Origin: an uncultured Lachnospiraceae bacterium | GTDB lineage: Bacteria > Bacillota > Clostridia > Lachnospirales > Lachnospiraceae | NCBI GenBank assembly: GCA_902775555.1 | Contig: CACYMQ010000002.1 | Coordinates: 42,794 to 106,793, forward strand | Reading direction: 5' to 3' | Length of the DNA stretch: 64,000 nt | Shown: one piece after another, positions 39,196 through 46,610 of the stretch | Layout of the letters: every line of letters begins with the position of its first letter | Position numbering within the stretch: the stretch's first letter is position 1 | Notes under the pieces: model-generated | Told to the model about the DNA's origin: nothing | Seen by the model: the letters and a program-made list of their open reading frames with translations, nothing else | Database searches by the model: none | Made by a program: the position numbers and the translations under genes

Positions 39196-41658
39196 TTACT
39201 GGTCGACCCGGATATATCCCGACTGAGAAGCAGCCTCATCTTCACTCATATATTTCTCACATTCGAAGATATACCATTTTGTCATACCGTCCTCCGGACA
39301 TTCCTTCAGAATCTCCATGAACTGGTTTCGAGCCAGATAATAATCTCTTGAACCATACAGCTCAAGCGTTGCTTCAAATTTCTCCCTGTTGATCAGCATC
39401 AGCTGACGTGTCTTGGCCGGATATGCATCCAGCATCTCGTAGAACCGGACCTCTCTTCCGCTTTCCTCAAAGTATGCTTTCCCGATATACCGTTTCTCAC
39501 CGACATCATGCGCTTTGATGATATTCTCGGTCGCAACCATCGGGATCCCGAGCCGGCGGAACCATTCCGCATAAGAATCCAGTTCTCTGGAATACTCGGA
39601 ATCGATATAGGTAAGACTCTGGGAATCCGATCCTGCCACACCATATATCAGCTGATCCCGGTATAACAGAATGGAAGAATCCAGTATTCCTGCGGCGGCG
39701 CTGTTCTGGCTGACCTGCAGGATCTGAGGTACCGTAGTTTTCTCATCCTTAAGCAACAGGAACCTCATATTTGCAAAAGACGGTTCTCTGGAGATCAGTA
39801 CCCCTTCGTTCTGCCTTGCATAGACCTCCATGCTTGAGAAGATCCTTGAAATGTTCTGTACCCGGTGCTGAAAATCCTCTTCCTTATTTACGGAGAGCAG
39901 AATAACGATGCCGGCTACCTTCACCACATCTCCGTTTCTGACATCCAGAATGGACTCCTTGCCCATGATGTCCTCGATGCCTCTTGGTGCGAAACGGTAA
40001 TAGGCTTCGTAGATCATATATTTATCATAGTTGATCTGATCGTATCGCTTGGCGAGCTCTCCGTAGCATTGCCAGAGTTCCCGCATATCCCGTGATATCT
40101 TCTTCGGTGACTCCTCACGCTCTTCCTTTTCGAGAGCAAGTCCCTTCAGCGCCCTGGAGAACCGCTTCAGATCGACATGCTGCATGTACAGAACAAAGAA
40201 GAGAAGGACGCTTCCGACCAGATAGATCACGATGAAGATGACTCCGATATCCCGAACGGATGCCCAGGAACGATCCAGCCCTTTCTGACTCCGATAGACA
40301 GCCACTGCAGCCACATCATCCTTCGGATTCTCTCCCTGATATGCCACAGCGATCATCTCCTCCCCTTCCAGAAGGAAGGTTACAGATGCGGAGTCCGGAT
40401 CCTTCTTCATCTGGTCCACCAGAGCGGTCATTTCTCCGCCGTACAGATAGGACACCGGCATGCGGTTATTGCCGCTGCAATCCGCAAGCACAAGTCCCGT
40501 ACTCTTTCTCATGATGAAGGCATCATGGAAAACGTCTTGCTGATCACTGTACTTCACGATATTACTCAGTTCATCCAGGATCTCATAATACTTCTTACTT
40601 TCAAAGAATGTTTTCGAATCATAATCGACACCGGAAAGATCCTCCAGATTCTCCCGCATGACCATCCGGACCTGTGCCATATAGTTCTTCGTTTCATTCC
40701 TTTGGAACTGCTGTCTGATAAACAGAAACGCAACAAAAAGGATGAGGAAGAAGACCACTTCCGATCCGAGATACAGATAAACGATCCTGTCCCGTTCCTT
40801 CGTCAGTTTCAGGGTAAGGATCACAAGAATGATCCATATCGCGAGGATCCCCAGGATCCGGATCAGCCAGGAAGAACGAAGACGGATATTCTGCCCGAAG
40901 CTGAAACTGATGTTGTCCACCGCATTCTTCACATCGGGACTCGGTGCAAAATAGCCGGTGGGTGTATCACTGTCCATCAGAACATAAAGCTGTGCATTCC
41001 GGTAACATGCCTCAACGAAAAATCTCTCGGCGCTTCTGTCCTGATGAATGATATATTCCGGTTTTCTGAAATCATCTCTCGTAACCGGCGTGTCCGCCCC
41101 GTTTTTGTCCGGTTCGGATGTATCATCCTCCAGAAGATCCGACCCCTTCAGATCGGAAACCCGGAGCTGACATACGGAGACGCTTTTGCCATCCTCCGCA
41201 ATGATCGAAAGATACATGAACACATCATCCACCGTAATGGAACTGACCCGTCCCGTATCGGCAAGTGTAAAATGATCGGATACGCTTACCATCTCCAGCT
41301 CACTGTCATACACTATGATCCTGTAAACCCGGAAGGATCCGTCCTTATCCGTTTCATTCGAAGAATAAAGCGCATACAGCCTGCCGTTATAGACCGTTAA
41401 CTCATCGGAACGCTCCATACCTGCCGTACCGGCTCCTGTCATGGCCAAAACCTTCCCTGACGGGTCGATCCGATAGAGCCAACCCTTATGATTCCAGTTT
41501 TCCATGAAGAATACACCGGACTCTGTATCTATCGCACTGCTATCAGCCGTATATTCCGGTTTATGGCGCATCTCATCTGCCGAATCCGCAACGATGAAGA
41601 TCGCGCCCAATATGCTAAGTGCTATTATGCAAAGCACCATCCGCAGCTTTATGCTCAT
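39196..41658 (-). CDS. Multi-pass membrane protein with degenerate class III nucleotidyl-cyclase-like domain and TPR-like tail
   Basis: Several TMs; HAMP-like linker; YYRFAPRGIEDIMGKESILDVRNGD cyclase-entry motif, but no F.DI..FT metal-binding motif; RYIGK…FYEMLD…F…YYLARNQF..IL..CPED tail. Confidence 0.65.
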   Translation of the reverse strand: MSIKLRMVLCIIALSILGAIFIVADSADEMRHKPEYTADSSAIDTESGVFFMENWNHKGWLYRIDPSGKVLAMTGAGTAGMERSDELTVYNGRLYALYSSNETDKDGSFRVYRIIVYDSELEMVSVSDHFTLADTGRVSSITVDDVFMYLSIIAEDGKSVSVCQLRVSDLKGSDLLEDDTSEPDKNGADTPVTRDDFRKPEYIIHQDRSAERFFVEACYRNAQLYVLMDSDTPTGYFAPSPDVKNAVDNISFSFGQNIRLRSSWLIRILGILAIWIILVILTLKLTKERDRIVYLYLGSEVVFFLILFVAFLFIRQQFQRNETKNYMAQVRMVMRENLEDLSGVDYDSKTFFESKKYYEILDELSNIVKYSDQQDVFHDAFIMRKSTGLVLADCSGNNRMPVSYLYGGEMTALVDQMKKDPDSASVTFLLEGEEMIAVAYQGENPKDDVAAVAVYRSQKGLDRSWASVRDIGVIFIVIYLVGSVLLFFVLYMQHVDLKRFSRALKGLALEKEEREESPKKISRDMRELWQCYGELAKRYDQINYDKYMIYEAYYRFAPRGIEDIMGKESILDVRNGDVVKVAGIVILLSVNKEEDFQHRVQNISRIFSSMEVYARQNEGVLISREPSFANMRFLLLKDEKTTVPQILQVSQNSAAAGILDSSILLYRDQLIYGVAGSDSQSLTYIDSEYSRELDSYAEWFRRLGIPMVATENIIKAHDVGEKRYIGKAYFEESGREVRFYEMLDAYPAKTRQLMLINREKFEATLELYGSRDYYLARNQFMEILKECPEDGMTKWYIFECEKYMSEDEAASQSGYIRVDQ

Positions 41659-42500
41659 TGTTGCAAAGACTCCGTTCCTATATTCTTAAAGTTATTGATA
41701 AACCACCGGAAGATCGGAAGATCTCCCCAAACTACATGAGTAAGCAAAAGAACCAGCGCCACGATCCCCAGGATCACACAGACCCAGAAGAGGATCCCAA
41801 ACAGAAGGTCCGCATTTCTGACGAAGAAACTCTTGATACGGATAAAAAAACCGACACGTTCTACGGGCATGGCCGCGATCTGAAGATCCCGGTACAGCTC
41901 GGTAAAACTGTTGTAGCTGTTATTCTCACACTTCCTTGAGATCAGTTCGAAACTGACATTCTTCTGATCCGCTTTGGAGGACAGGAGGTCCCGAAGGATC
42001 TCGGCACATTTGACTGTACAGTCCCTCTCCGTCCTTTTCAGATCCAGAGCCTGAAGATCCACCACAAAGGTGAGATAGGTGGAACCGTCCCTTGCCAGAT
42101 TGATACAGCTCTGTTCCAGAAGCAGGTACAGCATGGGGAAAGGAAGGGACGCCGTCATACAGGTCATCAAAAGATTCCGCCCGATCTCCTCCACCTGACT
42201 CAGGGTGTACGCATCTCCCTCAAAGAAACGGTCGATCGGACGTTCCTGCCGGTAGGGAAAGACCAGGATATACTCATTCCCATGCGAGAAGGCATCCACC
42301 AGCTGGCTCTCTTCCAGAGATTTGATCCTGCCGGATGCTTCCATCAGGGACCGGATGATCTCATGATCCTTTACCGCTATGATAAAGAAATTCCTCCCAT
42401 CCATGTCATCCGTGGGACGGACGACATAGCATGCGTTAGCATCCCCGCTGAACAGGGTAGAAACCACCGTATAGCTTGACTTGTCTGATTCAAACGTCAT
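41655..42500 (-). CDS. Pseudokinase-like protein with C-terminal TM
   Basis: Kinase-like order of motifs (CYVV; IIAVKD; LVDAFSHGNEYILVFPY; CINL) without HRD/DFG; C-terminal TM LLFGILFWVCVILGIVALVLLL. Confidence 0.55.
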   Translation of the reverse strand: MTFESDKSSYTVVSTLFSGDANACYVVRPTDDMDGRNFFIIAVKDHEIIRSLMEASGRIKSLEESQLVDAFSHGNEYILVFPYRQERPIDRFFEGDAYTLSQVEEIGRNLLMTCMTASLPFPMLYLLLEQSCINLARDGSTYLTFVVDLQALDLKRTERDCTVKCAEILRDLLSSKADQKNVSFELISRKCENNSYNSFTELYRDLQIAAMPVERVGFFIRIKSFFVRNADLLFGILFWVCVILGIVALVLLLTHVVWGDLPIFRWFINNFKNIGTESLQQ

Positions 42501-42508
42501 AGAATCCC

Positions 42509-44338
42509 TTAGAATCCGCCATCTCCGGCAGATCCATCCCTCCCTGCAGGTTCACCGACCATCTTCTTTCTGACGATGGCATACGCATAAGTACAGATCA
42601 CCGGCATCTCCGTGCAATAGATCCGGATCTCATATACACCTTCCCTGGTGGGTGCGGTGTAAACTCCGTCGGAACTGATCTCGCCGCTTCCCGGTGAAGT
42701 CAGTTCATACGTGATGCCTGTCGCTTTCATATTGTTGAATCTTACACCAAAGAAATGACTTTCCTTCGTTCCCATGATGACCGTCGGAGTTGCAACGGAA
42801 ATGCTCTTGTCATAGTAATCTTCGGTGATCTCCATCTCATCTCCGGACGGGAAGCGGATCGCAACCCACCGGAAGGTAAGTGTCAGATAATCCACATCCT
42901 TCAGCAGCCGGACAGCCACTACAAAATTTCCTTTTTCATTTAGAACCTTGACTGCCGTTTCCACATCCGTCATCGGATCTCCCTTTCTGCTGAACAGATC
43001 CGGATTTCCGTAGAAGGTACACTTCTGGTTTGCGGCAAGTCCGGGATCGTCCGATACATAGGTATATCCAATGTCTACATATACATTTCCCATACCCAGG
43101 CCATGGGGGATCTCACCGGAATACCGGATATCTCCGGCTCTTGCATTCTTTCCGAGTGGAACCTCTACCGTGCCCGTAGCGATATTGGAGAATTCCGTCC
43201 GGGAACCTCCCTTACTCGAAGTCACCTGCTGCTGACCCTCTGTCCGTGCAGCGGTCAGATCCACTTCCTTTTTGAAGAAGGAAAGATACTGGTTTCGCAT
43301 CATCATCTGTGCCGGCGTCATGATGTAATTCTTAACTGTATCCTCGGTGATCGTATCGATCAGATAGTTATTTGACGTTCTGACGATCTTCAGATCCGCC
43401 AGAGGAACGGAATCGTCCAGAAGACCGATCCCCCGCATCTCCAGATTCACCTTGCCGGCTGCATTTCCGACCAGCTGCATCGGATCCAGCTTACTGAGGA
43501 TCACACGAAGGGTGAAGTTGGACGCTGTGCTTATGGCACTGTCATCCTCAAAAGCAAACCCCGTTCCGCTCCGTAGGATCAGTTCGGTTGCGATCGCCGG
43601 TGTATCCTGAACACGAACCCAATACTCCTTTTTCAGGGAATCTCCGAAGGCAAGCCTCAGGTTCTCAACACTGAATTCGATCTCATGCTCTCCGTCTGCT
43701 GTGACAAATGCCGGCATCTCCAGGACTCCCCGGCAGTTCAGCGAAACATCATTTCCGCTGAGCTTACGGATCTCAAGGACGATCTTGACATTTCCTCCCT
43801 TGCACACCGTGGAAGGCACCATGATCTCGCCAACGTAATTCTCGCTCTTAAACAAGGTCTCCTTCGTCAGGAATTCCGTTTCCGGGGAATAATCGGTCTC
43901 TACGGATTCCTTATCCGAAAGGAACAGCTCATAGCCTTCGGAAATACGGTTGAACTCGTATTCCTTCTCATCCTCCTTACGGTTCACGGAATATACGTTG
44001 TGGATCTCCTGCTCCTTAAAACGGATGCTGAGCCGCGCAACATCTCCCGTAAGCCGGTCAAAGCCCTCGATGGCGGACAGTTTCTTCACCGTGGTGGAAT
44101 CCACGATGATCTCCCTTCCCCGCCCGTCTATGGCGGAACCGCTCTCGATCAGGACCGATTGGTCATCCAATGAAAAAACACCCAGTCCGCAGATCACACC
44201 GGACCCGTACATAAGTCCGTTCATGAACCGCATCTTATTGATGTGATAGTCCTGTTCGGCCTGGAAATCAGCCGAGGTCAGCATCTTTCCCGGATAATAT
44301 CTGTTTCGTTCAAAAGGATAAAGCTTGTTATTGTTCAT
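42509..44338 (-). CDS. CIS-associated fibre/baseplate-attached-like protein (609 aa), first gene of the operon
   Basis: N-terminal ERNRYYPGKMLTSADFQAEQDY…GSGVICGLGV motif recalled from CIS-locus proteins; Ig-like C-terminus (GEISSDGVYTAP). Confidence 0.65.
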   Translation of the reverse strand: MNNNKLYPFERNRYYPGKMLTSADFQAEQDYHINKMRFMNGLMYGSGVICGLGVFSLDDQSVLIESGSAIDGRGREIIVDSTTVKKLSAIEGFDRLTGDVARLSIRFKEQEIHNVYSVNRKEDEKEYEFNRISEGYELFLSDKESVETDYSPETEFLTKETLFKSENYVGEIMVPSTVCKGGNVKIVLEIRKLSGNDVSLNCRGVLEMPAFVTADGEHEIEFSVENLRLAFGDSLKKEYWVRVQDTPAIATELILRSGTGFAFEDDSAISTASNFTLRVILSKLDPMQLVGNAAGKVNLEMRGIGLLDDSVPLADLKIVRTSNNYLIDTITEDTVKNYIMTPAQMMMRNQYLSFFKKEVDLTAARTEGQQQVTSSKGGSRTEFSNIATGTVEVPLGKNARAGDIRYSGEIPHGLGMGNVYVDIGYTYVSDDPGLAANQKCTFYGNPDLFSRKGDPMTDVETAVKVLNEKGNFVVAVRLLKDVDYLTLTFRWVAIRFPSGDEMEITEDYYDKSISVATPTVIMGTKESHFFGVRFNNMKATGITYELTSPGSGEISSDGVYTAPTREGVYEIRIYCTEMPVICTYAYAIVRKKMVGEPAGRDGSAGDGGF

Positions 44339-44392
44339 GATACCCTCTTCAATTCTTTCCTATAGATTTTTGATATACAAAACCCCAGTGTT

Positions 44393-44425
44393 ATTATAAC
44401 AAATGAAAGGACACAAAAAGGACAC
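44393..44425 (-). promoter_or_regulatory. CIS operon promoter: extended -10 (TGtTATAAT) with tandem 9-bp direct repeats over the -35 region
   Basis: TATAAT at 44398-44393 preceded by TG. GTGTCCTTT occurs twice (plus strand AAAGGACAC at 44406 and 44417, 11-bp period). No TTGACA-like -35. Confidence 0.7.
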
Positions 44426-44476
44426 TCAGGTGAAAGGGTCCGGGCCCGTCCGAAAGCCGGTTCAACGGGAGTTTTT

Positions 44477-45778
44477 TCATTCACCCTTTCCTGCCTGTTT
44501 CGGTATCCTGATCACTGCTTCCGTTCCATGACCCGGAGACGAACGGATCACCAGATCTCCCCCGCTGAGACGTCTCAGCCGTTCCTTTACATTTTTGAGA
44601 CCGATATGATCTGCGGATCCCTCCGGGGGATCCGGGAGTTCCATATCGAATCCCACCCCGTTATCCGTAATGGATACGATAAAATCCTGTTCGGTCTCTC
44701 TGGTGGTGATCGTAATGATCCCGCCGGAATCAAGCGGCATGATCCCGTGCCGGACGGCATTCTCCACCAATGGCTGCACCGTAAGGGCAGGCAGTGAAAA
44801 ATGTGTCACCGGCGTGACTATGGTATAGTTCAGTTCTTCGGGAAAGCGTATCTTCTCGATGGCCAGGTAGCTTTCCACAAGTTCCATCTCTCTCGAGAAT
44901 GGGATCGGAAATTTACTGTCGATCGCAGCCATGTTGCTTCTCAGATAATCCGAGAGATGCGAGATGGCATATCTGGCTTCATTCATATCCCTTCCGCAGA
45001 GGACATAAATGGAATTCAGTGCATTATAGAGGAAATGCGGCTTGATCTGGGAAAGTGCGATCCTGGTCTGCATCTCGCGGATCGTTTCTTCCTTTTCACT
45101 GATCAGGATCTCCTTCCCTTCAGACTTTTTTGTCTGAGTCAGAAGTTCCCTGACGAAGAGGATGATTGCCGCGACCATGCATATAATGTTGGTAAACGGA
45201 TAACCGTAGATCAGGATCTGGACAACGATCGCCACCACAGCTCCCCCCACTATGAACAGTATCGTCCACAACTTCTCCCGTATGGCAATGATGAGATAGG
45301 AAAGAACCAAAACGAACTGCAGCCCCATGGCCAGGATCATAAAAGATCCCCTCTGATAGACATTCCACTTATCGATGGTATAGAGGATCCCCGTGAACTG
45401 CGAGACGATGAGCAGGATCGTATCAAAGCCCGAGATCAGAAGGATCATCGGTTTCCACCAGTCGATATAATTCTTTCTTCTTTGCTTTGGGATAAATGTA
45501 CTGAGATACTGAAAGAAAGCACCACCGACCCAGAAACTGCCGAGAAGGGCTATGAAGTTTCCTGCGATCACCAGGATATGTGCCAAGTCCGAGCTTCCTC
45601 CCCGGAAAAAGTATGCGACGGAATCCGCGATCAGCATAAGCCCTGTGATAAGCTCCGGCCATACCCTCGCACGCCGGGAGTTCCCCGATCCTCCGGAAAA
45701 CCACAGGATAAAAGATGCCATAAGGAAGAAAAAGCCTCCCCACAGCTCAAATGCAGAGTAAAATAGTTCAATCTCCAC
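44477..45778 (-). CDS. LytS/YehU-type membrane sensor histidine kinase
   Basis: About 7 TMs; SQIKPHFLYNALNSI H-box; QPLVENAVRHG; DNGVGFD; IGLKNVKERL. Confidence 0.93.
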   Translation of the reverse strand: MEIELFYSAFELWGGFFFLMASFILWFSGGSGNSRRARVWPELITGLMLIADSVAYFFRGGSSDLAHILVIAGNFIALLGSFWVGGAFFQYLSTFIPKQRRKNYIDWWKPMILLISGFDTILLIVSQFTGILYTIDKWNVYQRGSFMILAMGLQFVLVLSYLIIAIREKLWTILFIVGGAVVAIVVQILIYGYPFTNIICMVAAIILFVRELLTQTKKSEGKEILISEKEETIREMQTRIALSQIKPHFLYNALNSIYVLCGRDMNEARYAISHLSDYLRSNMAAIDSKFPIPFSREMELVESYLAIEKIRFPEELNYTIVTPVTHFSLPALTVQPLVENAVRHGIMPLDSGGIITITTRETEQDFIVSITDNGVGFDMELPDPPEGSADHIGLKNVKERLRRLSGGDLVIRSSPGHGTEAVIRIPKQAGKGE

Positions 45779-46586
45779 TTTGATCCTCTCCTCCCCGGAG
45801 AAGTGAGGCTATCCGGTATTCTCCCCAGGTATACTGGGACATATACTCCCCATGAAACAGCTGCTCAACCCCCTTCATTCCCCTGTTATTCAGATAATCA
45901 TACAGATCGCAGTCGATCTCATCCTTCAGGATCCCAAGCTCCCCTCTGCCCCGCATGATGCAGTCCGGACATCCGGCTTCCTCCAGAACACTGATCAGAT
46001 CCCTCCGGATATTTTTCAGATAGGAGATATGCGAACTCTCCATATCATAATCCTCCCAAAGGTACTCAATGATCTCTGCGTTACTGCACATCACTCCCCG
46101 TCTGTCAATGAGCAGTGCAAGCAGTTCCTTCGTCTTCTGGTAATGAAACTGAAGCGGTCGTCCGTCCACAAACGCTTCAAACTTACCGAAGGTCCTGGCA
46201 TAAAGCCTTTTTGATCCGGTATCCTCCGGCGGATACCGCAAATGATCCAGTTCATACCGGATCTTCTCTGCATTGATCGGTTTCAGGATATATCCGCTGC
46301 ACCGCATGCCGATGGCATCGACCGCATATTCCGAAAAGCCTGTGGTATAGACCAGATTCAGCCGGGGATACAGTTTCAGCAGTTCATCACCGAGCGTCAG
46401 TCCGTTCATCCTTTTCATCTCAATATCACAGAATGCAACATCGATACTGTCCCGTTCCCTACAGAAAGCAAGTGTTTCCGCACCGTTCCGGAAGCCATGG
46501 ACCTCTGCCTCGGGTGCTGCAAGCGCAATCTCCGTCACAAGGCCTTCCAGAGCCAGTTTTTCATCATCAATTGCGATTATCGTCAT
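45768..46586 (-). CDS. Response regulator, REC plus SARP-like winged HTH/BTAD (COG3947-type)
   Basis: IDDE…FCDIEM…YILKP receiver domain; RTFGKFEAFVDG…KTKELLALL…LWED…IRRDL…DCDLYDYL output domain. Confidence 0.9.
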   Translation of the reverse strand: MTIIAIDDEKLALEGLVTEIALAAPEAEVHGFRNGAETLAFCRERDSIDVAFCDIEMKRMNGLTLGDELLKLYPRLNLVYTTGFSEYAVDAIGMRCSGYILKPINAEKIRYELDHLRYPPEDTGSKRLYARTFGKFEAFVDGRPLQFHYQKTKELLALLIDRRGVMCSNAEIIEYLWEDYDMESSHISYLKNIRRDLISVLEEAGCPDCIMRGRGELGILKDEIDCDLYDYLNNRGMKGVEQLFHGEYMSQYTWGEYRIASLLRGGEDQSGD

Positions 46587-46610
46587 CTGCCAGTCTCAAC
46601 CTCTCTTTTC

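Noticed and set aside
44445-44476. Terminator between the HK gene and the CIS promoter
   Set aside because: Weak 5-bp stem with its T-tract on the plus strand only, so it is not a convincing terminator for minus-strand transcription; read-through from the TCS cannot be excluded.
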